Position numbers and translations under genes: made by a program. Under the pieces are notes generated by a model. It was given only the letters and a program-made list of their open reading frames with translations, was not told where the DNA came from and made no database searches. From Botryllus schlosseri (lineage: Eukaryota), in contig CM119372.1 of NCBI GenBank assembly GCA_051294905.1, positions 17,300,001 through 17,364,000 on the forward strand: DNA of 64,000 bases, given 5' to 3'. Below, piece by piece: positions 24,150 through 38,436 of the stretch (position 1 is its first letter; the number at the start of each line of letters is the position of its first letter).

Positions 24150-26151
24150 CAGGGTTGTGGAGTTGGTAAATTTTACCACCGACTCCGGCTCCGACTCCGA
24201 CTCCGCACATTTTAAATATACCGACCCCGACTCCGACTCCAGAGTCTTTAAACGTACCGACTCCGACTCCTGGGTCTGTAAACGTACCGACTGCGACTCC
24301 CGACTCTGACTCCAGCATTATTACCAATTTACTTCGAAAATTATATGCCACATTGTCGGTTGAATGACTATCATACAACCATTAAACATGTGCAAACATA
24401 TGATTAACGGTGGCATGCTAAATTGTTTCATTGTGGCACAGCTCGAATTATCCACTATGCAATTAACATGAAAGAAAGATTTGCTAAATATCCTTCCTTT
24501 TTCAAGTTTTTATAACATGAACTCTCTAATATCCTGAAATGTATAAATCATTCAAATATGGCAGATATCCAATCCTGTATAATAAAAATGTAGATAAAAA
24601 ATCCAAGTGTAGCTCTTGTGTATGAGTCAGCAACTAATAAAGAGACTGACCTGCTAATTTTGTCATTGCACACTGTACTGATTACAAGCACACACACTCT
24701 TACTACTAATTTACATTGGTCATAAATGGAATTTAGTTAAGTAGCCAAAAACGATAGCCGATGTGTAGTCTACACGTACTTAATCAAGTATTCAAGGATT
24801 GGGACTTGCAGTCTTTCTTAATCATTTGTTCGACCCAAACAACTAAGCTCCACTACAAATATTTTTAATTTTGTCAAGTGGGAAGCATCGTTTGGTCAAA
24901 TTTACATCATTTTTACAATTTTACAAAACCAGCCGATGCATTTGCTCTGTCACAGTATCATGGTATAATTCCAAAAATTGCATCAATTTTGACTGCATCG
25001 CGAAAACGCAATTTACGATTTTCTTCCCCTGTGCAACTGAGTTGTAATTTGCAAGTAATGTCTAATTTTATCTATATCAGGGATGGGCAACTTTTTCGGT
25101 CAAAGGGACACATGAGATTCACGAACCATTGCGCGGGCAACTGGAATGTTAATAATCTTTTTTTAGCCGTCCGATAGGAGCGAACCGTTGCAAACAAGAC
25201 TTATATTAATACGCTCTAAAATTGATAACAATATGTCATGCAACTGTGCAGTGCGCAATCAGGCGCTGGTCGCGCGAAGCGCGAATTCTTTTTGCAAGAT
25301 AATGACTGAATTATATCAATAAATATGTTGCTAACATACATTGAGGGTCGCATCTGTATTCCACTGGGCTCATTTGGCAAGGACAGGATTATTCGACATT
25401 TAGACATAGCAAAATCGACGGCATCAGTGAACATGCCTCTATCATTTTGTGCAAATGTTTTGTCGACGATCTCGCTGCGAGTGCACAAGCGAAGCCGCAT
25501 GTTGGACGACACGTTATCTCCTAATTGCGAATATAGTTAGACTCAATTATGTGAATAATATGTATTTATAATTTTCAGAATGGGGCTCAAATACTGAATG
25601 CAGGAAATCTAGTGACAATGAATCATATGAAGTACTGAGAAAAATTACAAGTAAAATAAATCTGCTATGAAATATTCTACTTTATGGTCATATACGAAGA
25701 TCTGGGATTAATTTGGCTGGCCCCTCGATACGTCAATGCGTCAGAACTGTTGTTTTAGTCATCACCAAATTTCGCAGCCATGCTAATCAAATTTTGGTTG
25801 GCCGTGCAATTGTACCTGATGTCATAAATAATTTCGAGAATTGCCTCGCAGGCCGCACCTAACCATCTCGTGTGTCAAATTTGGTCTGCCTGTCACGAGC
25901 TGGCCGCACCTGATCTGTATGGTTATTAATAACAGTGATTGGTGGTACATAAAAATTCTATTGAAAATCCTTTGAAAGCAAATGTTTTCATGATAGAGAA
26001 GTTGGAGTCGGAGTCGAAGTCAGGGTCATTCTCACAAACTCAGACTCCGACTCCAGTCAGTATTTTCCCAACGACTCCGAATCCGACTCCATCAAGCGAA
26101 AATTTCCCAGACTCCGACTCTGACTCATCCGACTCCGACTTCACAGCCCTG
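24150..26151. mobile_element. hAT-like element with GACTCC subterminal repeats
   Basis: TIR CAGGGTTGTGGAGT / ACTTCACAGCCCTG; (GACTCC)n clusters at both ends; no TSD recognised. Confidence 0.7.
25078..25912. mobile_element. Old hAT Charlie-type MITE nested in 24150-26151
   Basis: CAGGGATGGGCAACT / GAGCTGGCCGCACCTG ends; TSD ATCTATAT/ATCTGTAT. Confidence 0.7.
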
Positions 26152-27247
26152 GCAACTGGGGCATTGACTCATCTAAAATTCTGTTCAATAACAATTATCA
26201 TTTATAGACGCACAGCAATCAATATATACCGAAATCACAGCGAAAACCGCATTCTTCTTGTGCTTTCGCTTGTAAATGCCCATACATAGCGAAGTCTCTG
26301 CGAAAATCGAATTCTCTTCTGTGTTTTCGCTTTGCGAATGCCTAGCCGGGGCATGCATCAGTAGCGCTCAAAACAAGCTTTCACTGTCTATTCTCTCAAA
26401 GCCACGCACAATAAAGAAACGGTGATTTACTCTCTCTTACTCACAAAATTATCGAGCAAGTGGGGCAACATTGCCTTGTTGCCCCTAGGGTCTGACGTAA
26501 CAATCGTACATATATCTGAACCCGATTACCGTCATATGTGTTAAGACGATCTTTGCTGGTATAGGTTGATTTTGACGGTGTTTCACACCATGATAATTCT
26601 TGAAACTTGGTGCGTTATGTCGTGATGGTGGTGTTTAATACTGCCCCAAGTTTCAGATTTTACTCAAAAGCCAGTACTGGTGTCTTTTGATTTTGACGAT
26701 GTTCCATACCGAGATCGGTCATATGATATTTGTCACGGTAAGTATACGAACGCTGTACCAAGTTTTAAGTTTGTCACTGATCTTGATAGTGGTAATTCCG
26801 TTTCCTAAGTCGAGTGAGAGCTGACTCGTCATTTATCGCTTAACAGATTTTACGCAAAGCCGATATTGGTCTCTATTGATTTTAACGATGCTCCTTACCT
26901 AGATCTGTCATGAGCTTTTTCACGGTATGTCTTGATTTTAGTATCGAACGCTGTGCCAATTCTCAGGATTGACACTCGATGATTGGGGCAGTAATTTCGT
27001 TATCGAGGTTGAGTATGGTGGAGATGCGCGCCGATCTGACACTTAGCCTACCTAACCAGAGGTGGTCAGTAACGAAGTACTTCTACTTTTTGGAAGTACT
27101 CAAGTAGTTTTCCTCTACTTCTGGTACTTACTCAAGTAGATCTGATTTTCTCTCCTTCTACTTCTACTTCGTAATATTTTGTGATCTACTTACTTACTTT
27201 TCGCTATTTTCAGTTTGTCAAGTAGGAGTAGTTAAATTCCCTAATAC

Positions 27248-28666
27248 CAGGGGCGGGCAACATACGGCCCGCGGGCCGGATATAGCCCGCGAAGGGATTT
27301 TGACCGGCCCGCCGAGAGCTTTTACTCTGAAAGTGAAATTTTATACTTAAAGTATTGACAAATTTCATGCGTCACATAATGAATCCATGTTTGCCAACCT
27401 GAGAAAGATGGACATTAAACTACTTGCTCTGTTCGGGTCTACATACATTTTCGACCATGAACCAGTGGGATGACTCGAGACACCTTGGAAAAATGACTTG
27501 ACTTGACTTGACTCGATACTTCAGAAATGCAGATTGACTCGTGACTCGAAGCAAAATTTACGAGTTAATTTCAAGTCATCAAGTAATCGATGTCGACTAA
27601 ATCGCTGTATTTCGTATTTCGTGTAAGTTCGGATTGCCAACCTATGAATCAATGATTGTACGTTTTACCGAACCTCCATTGTTATATCACAAATAAATTG
27701 ATCGCAAACGCAGTGATCGGAGCTTATACAACAGCTTACGTTCTCGTAAACTTGCTCACCTCAACCAACCCTCCTGTATATAATTTATATCAAACGAATA
27801 TATCTCATACGTTTATAATTGTATATCATGGCCATGTAGGTATGGGTAGGCATTGAACTATATCATTTTTAAACTTTCTGAGGTTTCGTATGTTACACTG
27901 TATTTTGACTGATATTTGAAGACTGAGGCTATACCGCTATACTGGCGTAGTTGAGCAGTTCTACGTATGTGTGAGCGATACAGCGCCTTTTGCGCGCATA
28001 ATCAACTCTTTATTCGTTCCTCGATTCAGAATAAATGGGCACTTCATCTGCATTTAAAACAGTTAGCAAAATGTAATGACTTTGAATCATGTCTAGTACA
28101 TTGAAATTCCAACTTGACTTGACTCGTGACTTGACTTGACTTGACTCGGGCTGACTTGACTCGAGTCACTTCCAAAAATAGAGTGACTTGACTCGTGACT
28201 TGACTTGACTCGAGTCAACTCCAAAAATCGAGTGACTTGACTTGACTCGAGTCAAAATGTGCAATGACTCGAAATGACTTGTGACTCGAAGGTAGTGACT
28301 TGATCCCAGCACTGCCACGAACGAACATTAGCGAGGAAGGCTGCGTTCCAATATAACGGATGTTCGCATGCAGTCTTTACTAAGGGTTTCCGCATACGAC
28401 ATGCAACCAGAGTTCAAAAACTAGTGTACAATATTGAACGACCACAGATGTCTGATTTACTTCAATAGCTGTTGTATATAAATTCATTAAATTCTGTTTT
28501 TGGTCTCTATGCTTTAAACTTAAAGTTTACATTAAATACAGTTGATTCCTTGAATAGGTGGATAAATTCGCGATTAAGGTATATTGTATATATTCTGTAA
28601 TTAGGCCCGCCAAGTGCTTCATTTTCCCATATCCGGCCCGCCGACCGGAGAAGTTGCCCGCCCCTG
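27248..28666 (+). mobile_element. Charlie/Buster-type deletion derivative (middle layer) with a transposase C-terminal scrap
   Basis: TIR CAGGGGCGGGCAAC; perfect TSD CCTAATAC; MFANLRKMDIKLLALFGSTYI...RLRSNITDVRMQSLLRVS is split by the inner insertion. Confidence 0.9.
27463..28314. mobile_element. hAT MITE with (GACTT/GACTC)n repeats (inner layer)
   Basis: CAGTG...CACTG ends; TSD CCATGAAC/CCACGAAC. Confidence 0.85.
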
Positions 28667-30345
28667 CCTAATACGAAAGGTAGCCTGAGGAATTTTGGGG
28701 CTGTTTTCACTGAGTACCAACATTTCATATTGATAAAAGTCAAGTAAAGCCCAGAAATTTTGTTGTGGTTCGCGCACAGTAGTTATGGAGAGACAAATAT
28801 GTCTAACGAAAGTATCAGTGAATATAATTTAGGTACCGGATTACCTGGTTCCGCTCACACCGCATTGTCGCCCATATCAAATATTTCATCACAGTAAATA
28901 TGGCCCAGCATAATGTTTGAAACTACCGATTCGGAATCTAGCAATTACCTATCATATCGTAATCTAGCAGTCCATGACGTGTCCTGCTAATCTGGAAAAT
29001 CCGGACTTTTTTAAACGTTACACAAGTTTTAGCAGAGCACCTTTGAAGCTTTATGGACAAAAGACATGAAATATATTTTACGCTTTGTAGAAGTGGTATT
29101 TGTATTTCACTTTAAATACTGAGTATCATACTTTGAGTTCTAATTACTTTCAATTCTTTTGTCTGCAGAACATACATGTTGATGCATAAAAGCAAGTGTA
29201 GTAATGTCTCTATTTTCCGAAAATAAAGCTACACTAAATATAAATTTTACGATCCACAATATTTGTTACTAACGCATACTAATCGCGCAAAGTGTTGAAA
29301 ACCTAACCGATACAACTTCTCCGTATTGCTCTCGCCTAAACTTGGGGCCTTGTAATATGAGGGAGGGCGCCATGTCATGATATTCTCTAAAACGGGGTCT
29401 TCTAGTAAACAAAAGGTTAGTATCGCATTTCCATATCAATACTATAATTTGCATCCAATGATGCGAAAGAATGCTTATTCTGTCGAAAATTGATACCTCC
29501 CGGGATGCATCAATACGAATCTCTGCACCTTCCGCATAGCTCAATTTGCAGCTTTTGACAGTCCATGCGAACGAATCAAGACTGTTTGCAAAACTACTTA
29601 CTTACTTCAGTAAATTTGAAGTCAGTAAATTCCACTTCTACTTTAAGAAGTTTTAAGTGAAAGAAGTACTTCTACTTGTACTTCAGTAGATTTTGTCGTC
29701 GCTACTTCTACTTCTACTTGAGTAGCTTTCTTGACTACTTTGACCACCTCTGTACCTAACGCATTGCGGATTTCGTGCAAAAGCCTGTGTGTCTGTGCTA
29801 ACGTTAACTGTGTTCCATACTGAGATAGGTGATGTGATGATGATATCATGAATCAGTTTACTAACATTCTCGGTTTGCATTCAAATATTTACATTTATTT
29901 TATATTCTACAATGTCAACTTCACTGTGAAATTGTGACGTTCAAGCCATTTGCCTACTACCCCCTGTCAAGCGCGATAGCTATTTCGTTTTCGATGACGG
30001 CTAACAGTTGATCTATAGAAATTAAACATGGAACGGCAACGACCGATTTTGCAGCTTCGTTCCGCTTCGCTGAGGCTGCAGTGGAGAATGGTATTGCGTA
30101 AGCGACTGTAGGATTTCTGGCAATCCAAAAGCTATCTTCCCGAGCGCAGAAATTACTGAATCTGGTCTTGATCGAAAGCTACTGTTACACCGATTCCGAA
30201 AATATAAATTAAAATATTGATCAGGCACTGGTCCACCTAGAATCCGTCCTCCAAGTTTGAAATATCGGCATTGTTCAGAACCGCAACACATTGGTCATAA
30301 CAATGACCCGTTGCGACTTTCCGATTGTTCGAACAATGTCTATAC

Positions 30346-31563
30346 CAGAGGTCTCAAACTCAAATGTGCTCGCGGGCCAGTTTTCCCGTTTTAACGACGC
30401 CGCGGGCCGCAGCACTTAGGGGTATTCTATTTCTTTCCAAGTAGGCCTTATTTGGCGTGAATGAATTGTCCTATTGAAAGTGAGACGATCCAGCAGACTG
30501 ACAGTAAACACTTTAACACACATCGTCAAAATGTGATTTACTCTTGTATCAATTTAGGCCTGGCACGAAAAGAATCATCACATTTATAACTACTTAAATA
30601 TAATTGTTTTTGTACTTGGTTTATAATAATTATAAGATATAGACACCATATGGGTGGACAAATGTATAATGCCATCAGAAAAGCTATCGGGTTATAATTT
30701 TGCAGCTAATATGAAAATTTTGCATTAACAGATTGATAATAGAGACTGATTTGATATCAAAATATTTTTAGGTTGAGCATTGTAATTCCAATCCAGGATT
30801 CGGATGTACTTCTGATAAGTAGGCTATTAATCTCATGGCCAAATATCTTCAAATATAGGAGCAGAAAAAAATAAAAATATAATATAAATATATTAATAAA
30901 TGTGTCCTAGTGGTGGAAATGTCAGAACGCCTAACGGCCCATTGTTGTTACATCGTTGGAGCGTACCACTACGGTACTCGGTACCTTTAAGTGGCCTTAA
31001 TAACATGGTTTAGCGACCAAAGATGTAACTACTAGATCGCCAATGGTTGCCATAGCTATTTGCTTAGTTAGCGAAATACCAAGCTGCGACTTTCTGATCT
31101 ATTACTATTTCCCTGATACGCGATTAGTTTGTTGCGTCCATGGTTCTAACAAATTCACGGCATTCTGAATCACTCCGAGTCCACTATATAGTCATTTTCA
31201 TTTTGCCATTGACTTAGCCCGAGTCTGAGTAATTCTAAGAAAGGTCACGTCCAAGTCCAACTCACAAATTTCAGTCACGAATCGTCTAAGGGTCAGGTTT
31301 TATCATCATGAATTGGAAATGTGGTGAAATAGTGAATCTTCCCCTGCAGGGTGGCGTTTGCAATTGATGTGATAGTGAAGTTTGATGAATAGTTTCAGAC
31401 TTTCGGAGCAATTTATGAGGGAATTTTGTTTTTATAACCTGAAAAGATATATGTGACACTTATATATTGTCAAATTATTAAAAATCTAAAATGTCGTCGC
31501 GGGCCGCACAAAATGCTCTGGCGGGCCGCATGCGGCCCGCGGGCCGCGTGTTTGAGACCTCTG
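30346..31563. mobile_element. hAT family A relative
   Basis: TIR CAGAGGTCTCAAAC; perfect TSD GTCTATAC. Confidence 0.92.
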
Positions 31564-31571
31564 GTCTATAC

Positions 31572-31758
31572 TAAGTGTTGGAGGTTTATCTAGGCTCCTC
31601 CTCGCCACCTCATTCGCATCAGCGGTGTCTTACAAAAGCCTAGCGAGGTGGGCCGTGCTATACGTCGGCAGTTACGGAAAATAAGAAGAATATCGGCCTG
31701 GTGTAAATGACCATAGTAGTCGACAAACACCATGAATATCCCAAAACAAACAAACAAA
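31572..31758 (+). mobile_element. 5'-truncated SINE copy with (AAAC)n tail
   Basis: Closely matches the 3' two-thirds of the SINE at 41778-42050. Confidence 0.85.
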
Positions 31759-32272
31759 GCAAAACAATTCTCCACTCCAGCCTCGGCGAAGCGGAACAAA
31801 GCTGCAAAATCGGTCGTTGCCGTTCCATGTTTAATTTCTATAGTTGATCACTTGATCAGCCTATTCCTCAGTAAATCTTACGCAAAATTCGGTGTTCGTC
31901 TGTTCCGAACAGGCTGTTCGTATTAATGTTGACGGTGTACCATACCGAAAAAGGTCATGCGACTACTTCTCGACGATGTCATGTAACAGTGTACTAAGGT
32001 TACGGCTTTCATTAACGTATTTATTCGGTATTATATTTTGCAACGACGATTTAGCAGCAGACTTCTAAACAATAAGCAATTTGTGTTATGTCACAGTCTC
32101 CAGTTTCAAGGCCAAAATCTCCTATGTTGTTCCGAGACCGAAATTCCGAGGCTGCTTTCGTCTTACTTCTTCAAATTCAAAATGATGCGTTGGATTCAAT
32201 ATGACAGGCACAATCTATGAGATAATAATGGCGTATGTGTCTGAACTCGTTGACTTTTCCGGTCGGGCTATC

Positions 32273-33345
32273 TGGGGTTGCCATACGTCCGGAATTTCTC
32301 GGACATGTCCGGAATTTCACTGTCCAAACTAGCGTCCGGGAGGAATTTCTAAAATATGCCAAATGTCCGGAATTTTGAAGACCTGTCGTAGGCTCATAAT
32401 TTTTTCGTAAATCAAGATAAAAACATTATTTTGGAGAATATTTATGCTGATGCATCATATTTTTCTGCGCGCGATTTACAATCACATTTGTTGATTTTAT
32501 TATGGGGACTACCACCCACGCAAAACTGCAATAAAATATAAATAACAACAACCTTCATTCACTGGAATAAGCCTAATTGAAATCCTCATTATAGGAGAAC
32601 GGTATATTCCTAGAGATCGTTAAGGCCGTTTAAATGCTTTATTCAAAGATAGTGGTTTCAAACGTGGGGGTCGTTTGCCTTTATGCTGGGGTTCGCGAAT
32701 ATGTTGAACGTAATTAGCTTCCAAAATAGCTCATGAGTAAGTCTGGGCAAAGGTGCTGACTTCTTTTAGTAATCAGCTCGTCAAATTTTGATCTGGGCCA
32801 CGGAACATTTTCAAATTGGAAATGGAGTCGCGACCATAAAAGGTTGTTGGTTGGGGTGTTTATAAAGCTCTGTGGTGCGCACCGGCATAAGGATGGTAAA
32901 CAATCTTATGGGTGGGACATGAACATGACTTAACGATGTGCAATTTCGAGCTCATCATCCTCCACTAGCTCTACCGCTAATTCTGATCATGTGGGCGTAG
33001 AGTAGTAACTATATGGTAATATGTTGAACAACTAATATTATTGACGTACATTATTCAAAAAAATTTAACGACCAGATGCATATAGCAAGCCCCCCTCCCG
33101 GAATTTGCATCGATTGCCACATGTTGGGCTCAAAATCGTTGTTTATTTGGGCATGAAGGGGCTGAAAAAATGTTGTTTCGGTCCAGGTTACACAACACAC
33201 AGCAACATACTCCTGAACCGGATCGTGACCACCTTTTTTTCTATAAGCATAGCTTTGCTAGTGTGACGCCATAAGTAATTTTGACATCCACTAGTGGGCG
33301 CTAAAGAGTGTCCAGAATTTGGTTCACAGAAATATTGTAACCCTA
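32273..33345. mobile_element. hAT (Blackjack-like) non-autonomous element
   Basis: TGGGGTTGCCATACGTCCGG start, TGTAACCCTA end, GTCCGG subterminal repeats; no TSD match. Confidence 0.5.
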
Positions 33346-33499
33346 ATATAGGCGACAATGCTGTGTGAACGGAATCACGCAACCCGGTATCTAAATTATA
33401 TTCAGCGATACTTTCGTTAAAACATATTTGTCACTCCATATCTATCTACTGTGCGCGAAGCGCAATGAAAATTCTGGATATTACATGTTTTTTTTGAAA

Positions 33500-33737
33500 A
33501 TTAAATGTTGGTTCTTCGTGAAAACAGCCCCGAAATTCCTTAAGCTATCTTTCTTATTGGGGGATTAAACTACTTCTACTTGACAAACTGAAAATAACGA
33601 AAAGTAAGTAAGTAGTTCACAAAATACTACGAAGTAGAAGTAGCAAAAAAAGACCTACTTGGGTAAGTACCAGACGTAGAGGAAAACTACTTGAGAACTT
33701 CAAAAAAGTAGAAGTACTTCGTTACTGACCACCTCTG
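33500..33737. mobile_element. Isolated end of the 27057 hAT family, inverted
   Basis: Ends GTACTTCGTTACTGACCACCTCTG; lacks the 27248 insertion at the equivalent site. Confidence 0.8.
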
Positions 33738-34869
33738 CATTTACCCAGGGCCGTAACAGCACTTCGGCAGGCCCCCCAAAAACGTTGGTCTTGTGCCCCC
33801 ACACATAGGGTGATAAACTGAACTTTTAGGAGCTTCGCCCCCAGACCCCTCTCAGGCTGAATGGTTTTTGCCGCTACTTATCATCTACATTTAGTGAGTC
33901 GGGTTGTATGTTGTATCGTATGAACACGCAGAGCGCGAAAATATTCTATAAGTTATGATTGAATTGGTCAGTATGATCGGGAATTGCATATATATTGCTA
34001 TCAATTTTTATCCTCTCTACTCACGCAATCAGATTTACCGGTATAGAGCTGAGTGAGGTGTGTTGGAAAAGTACTTAGGACCCCTAAATAATAATTAAAC
34101 ATCTTCGGGCGTACCCATTGGTTAACTTCGTTACATGATGCTATTTCGTGACCTCCTATCTGCTATGTCAAAAGATTTTGAAACCGTCCAGACGTAGGCT
34201 ACTAAACTTAAAGACGTACACAATTTCAAATTAGTATTTCTTGACTGGAAAATAATGTTCCCTGGAGGATGGCATTTGTCATGTGGGGCTCGGACCGCCA
34301 CGACAGGAACATTCGGCGCCAGCCATTTAGGCGCCTATGGACAAAAAAACATTTTGGAAAAAGTTGCATAAATTTCCGAAACATATTCTACAATTTATGC
34401 TAATTCACGAAATAATTTTGGGGGCCCTTCTAGCTCTCCACCCCCCCCCCCCATTTGGGGTTTGGGTGCGGCATCTACGGTCCTGTCTTTACCCAGCCTT
34501 AACTCTAACCCCTCTCCAACCCTAATATCCCCACCTGCAACCCTATAATTTTAATAATTTTCAATAAATTTCAATTCACCAAACTTTGTGAGAGCTACGA
34601 TTAGTGGTGCGTCGTAAGTTAAACAAGTTTTTACAATTACCTCGCAACTACAATAGTTACACTGACCTTAAATTTTCTATTAGGTTTATTTGAATGATTC
34701 CACGTCTGAAAAATTAACGATTACTCACGATTTTCATTCGCACTTGATCCGGATTTTCATTCGCACCATTCGCACCGCCTTCATCATCCGCACTGCAATT
34801 TATTTCATTCGGAAAAGTGCGAACCGTCACACGGGTTGAAATAAAAGCACTGTTTTAGAATTTAACACA

Positions 34870-37261
34870 GATTTATCTGATATCAGAGCATTGGATCAGT
34901 ACAGCCCAATCCGGATTTCGGGCATAGCCACAGGCCTACTCCTGATAACTAGGTTATTTATCATGTCATTACCAAAGTCAAATTGAATCATCGTTAAATT
35001 TACCTTCGAATATTGGAAAAGATCAATAAAAACTTGAATATAATGATTATTATGCCATAGTAATAGAAATTTCCAATCGCCGAAGAATCCATTAGAGTTA
35101 CAGCTGTGGAGCGTACCACTACTCTACTCGCTAATTGGCAATAATAACATGAACAATGATACCCAAGTTGACGCAGGATGTAACCAAATACATTAAGGGG
35201 CAACAGCATGCCAATGGTTGCCAAACCGAACTGCTTAGATAGGTAAATACGGTTCGCAACGGAAACTACGACCGTTTGATATATCACTATTCCCCATAAC
35301 CATAGGCCGTGTTATTTTTGGCATATGCTTATTTTGGCATTTTTCAGATTTTATTTTTGGTAATTTTGGCATCGCCATGAATTCATATTTATAGACTCGA
35401 ATTAACTATGTAACTCGCTTCAGTTTGGTCTTTCTTATGAAACGGAAGTCACAAAACATGCAGTATTCACCCGCTCTGCCACCAAACAGCAAAATTTACA
35501 TTCGAATTGAAAACGATGTTGGAGACCAAATTTACCCGATACAAAACCGAGTGTTTCTGCAATATCTATTCTCAATAGTCGATTCACTATGCGTACAAAA
35601 TTACCGGCATTCACAATGGTCACAATACTTACGATAACAATTCAAACGGGTTTCTGACACGGTGGATATCAGCCTTCACTAGATCGATACCAAACCAGTG
35701 GTAGAAAGCGTGAATGACTTTAAAAATCAATTCAATATGAAAAGTTATCGACCCGGCAATGAAAAACTAGGAAAGGACTGGAGGCCTTTTGCACAAGAAG
35801 TGTTATTTTTGGCATAAGCATGAGCCAAAAATACAAACAATAGCTTATTTTTGGCATTTGTCAGAACGTATTTGGGGCAGTTTTGGCATCGACAGGATTT
35901 CATATTTGCGATGTATACTCAAATTACCGATGTAAATCGCTGTATAGCTTAATCGTTCATATCAAAAGGAAATCAAAACGTGGAGTATCCACTTTGTGTC
36001 ATCAAATAACGATAGTAAAAACCGAATTGACAACGGTGCCGCAGAGTCAATTCACTCAATACAAAACTGATCGACTGCTTCTGCAATATCTAATCCGAAT
36101 AGTCGATTCGATAGGCGTGCATAATTACCTGTATTCACACAGATTACTATACCACTTTTGATAACAATTCAAAATCGTTGCTGACACGTGAATCACAGCC
36201 CTTCAGTCGCTAACCAATGGTTAGAATTTACGAGTGACTTAAATATTAAATATATTATGAAAAAAAATCAAACGGGCAAACAAACAAAAAAGTAGAAGAA
36301 TGAATGTTTGCAGGCCTGCGTATGGCACGCATTGATGGGGGTTACTTCTTGGCGACTGTAGCATTTTGCACTGTGTAAGTGTGTATGTTCAATTGTTCAT
36401 AGACGAAACTATATCCCTTTTGTCCAACGGGACACAGACTACCAGTGATTGCACCATATGCTGACATTTTCATTAACAAGTTGAAAGTAAATGGAATTGT
36501 ATCCATATTCTAGTACTCGACTTTTTGGCCTCGACCCTAAGATTTTCATTCGCATTATACAGATCCCTTGGACGGCAGATCACGGCCTTCCGAAGGGTTC
36601 ACTGACCTCAATTAAGGAATTTAGCGTTGCACACTTGTTTTTTGACTTCTTGCAGACTCATTGCAATACTTGTTGACATTTTTATCTAAAACTTTCATAA
36701 AAATATATTTTTTCAAAAATCCTATTTTTTGGCATTTTCAAGTTTTTATTTTTGGCAGTTTTGGCATTTGATTCTCGAAATGCCAAAAAATAATACGACA
36801 TGCCCACAACAGTTTGATAGTTTGCAGCGTCCGTGGTTGTACCAAGTCACAGTATTCTGGGCCCACATGTCCTTATCTGGTGGTAATGTTTGACCATACT
36901 CAACTCGAGTCATTTCTCTTTTATTGCCCATTCATTCAGACTTCGAGTAATTCTACAAATGGTTACACCCAAGTCGAAATCACAATTTTCAGTCAGGAAT
37001 CATCAACGGTTCTTGATTTACCATCATAAACAGGTAATGTGCCGTAATAGCTATAACCTTCCACCGCATAGTAACTTTTGAAAGTGATATGATAGTGAAG
37101 TTTGATGAGTAGTTTAAGGTTTGGAGTAGTTTTAGAGCGGATTTTAAGTTCTAAAATCTTAAATAGATATGTGGCAGGTAATTTTTCGAATACTTCAAAA
37201 TCCAAAATGCCGACGCGGGGCGCTCAAAATGATCTCGCCGGGCGCGTATTTGAGACCCCCG
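34870..37261. mobile_element. Truncated, diverged hAT family A copy interrupted by 35301-36802
   Basis: Internal similarity to 18380-19549; ends TTTGAGACCCCCG. Confidence 0.65.
35301..36802. mobile_element. hAT element with TTTTGGCA subterminal repeats (same family as 61490), with an internal ~490-bp duplication
   Basis: AGGCCGTGTTATTTTTGGCAT start; TSD CCCATAAC/CCCACAAC; 35305-35790 resembles 35800-36290. Confidence 0.75.
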
Positions 37262-37509
37262 CTTTGAATGCATATAAAAGTGAGGGTTACTTCGTAACGG
37301 CAATCAACTTGGCCCATTTCCTTGGAACACTCAGTTACTCTGAAAATAAAATATGAAAGCATCTAGTTTGTTTTGAACGAATAAAAATATGAGCAATATG
37401 ATTGGCCAATCTGTGTCTACTTGAAACTGGTGGACTTTTTAGCTGGTCAACAATCAATCAATAAATACACTAAGCATCCCTATTAGAATTCAAAAGCTCA
37501 ATAGCAACA

Positions 37510-38436
37510 TCGTACTGTAGAAATGTGTGGCCCTCGAGAAATGTATGAACCCCCGGCTCCTGGCAATAAATATAGCATTCATGAACCACTGGTGGCACCA
37601 AAAAAGATCTTTCTTCCATCTTTCTACATGACACTTTGGGCTTATGATGTAATATGTTAGCTTTTTACTTGCATGGAGAATGCTACAAATAGGCTACTTG
37701 TGCCGGAAGGTAACTGGGTTGGCGAAGAAAAATAAAAAGCTGGAATATCCTATTTACCTGCAATTCAACAACCACTAAACAAAAGTTTTATATCATCCAT
37801 CTATCTATGTCTTCAAAGGAAGCTGCAGCTTGGTAAGGTTTTGTTATGAAAGTCTGTTGAAGCAATTACTCACTAGCTTTTAAGCTCTGAGTTGGAATAT
37901 GAACATTGAGATTCACTTTCTGCATAGCCAAGTAGATAGATTCCCTAAATCTTGGCAGTGTCAGTGAGTAGCAGGAGGAGCGTTTTAACCAGGACAATAA
38001 AACATTGAAAGTGCACTACCAAGAGCGGTTGGACTGTCACATGATAGTAGACTTATTTATTGCTGGAGCCTAGAAAGAGGTATTCCAAAAGCCTTTTTTG
38101 CCTACCACAGAAAATCAGTGAAGAGAAAATGTGTTGGTAATGTTTCATAACTGATTCTGCATCTAATTCCAGTTTGGGCTATGTATCTGATGAACTTAAA
38201 TGAATAAAACATATTTGTGAATATATATCAAACTTCTCACAAACGTCAAGATATGGTATAAATTATAAGACTATTGTGTAGTAGAATGTAGAATCTCTAT
38301 TAATTTTTTTTTAGATGTGTTACATGTCTCAAATCCTGGCGTGTTGGAAAAAAATATTGTAGGTTTGAAATCATCTACCCCAAATACTTTAATTTAGTAT
38401 CCAAAGTGAAATCCGGAAATTTTGTGTTAACCAGTG
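37510..38436 (+). mobile_element. Chapaev3-like (CMC superfamily) transposase remnant and right terminus
   Basis: Broken frames give EPLVAPKKIFLPS, HFLHSQVDRFP, LGSVSE*QEERFNQD and CWSLER, matching the PLV..KI.LPPLHIKLG / HFLHSHLDFFPENLGAVSDEQGERFHQD signature; ends CCAGTG followed by TAA. Confidence 0.7.

Larger units (their letters stand above)
27057..29752. mobile_element. hAT element with AGTA/TACT subterminal repeats (outer layer of a triple nest)
   Basis: TIR CAGAGGTGGTCA; perfect TSD TACCTAAC; another copy of this end lies at about 33500-33737. Confidence 0.92.
30014..31842. mobile_element. MITE with ~75-bp TIRs, P-superfamily-like, hosting a hAT and a SINE
   Basis: TATAGAAATTAAACATGGAACGGCAACGACCGATTTTGCAGC... 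inverted at about 31767-31842; flanked by a 7-bp direct repeat GTTGATC. A 5-bp TTGAT TSD with CTATAG ends is an equally valid reading. Confidence 0.8.

Noticed and set aside
23965..24378. Ser-Asp / Gly-Val repeat ORFs (also 25939-26289)
   Set aside because: Translations of the (GACTCC)n subterminal repeats of a hAT-like element.
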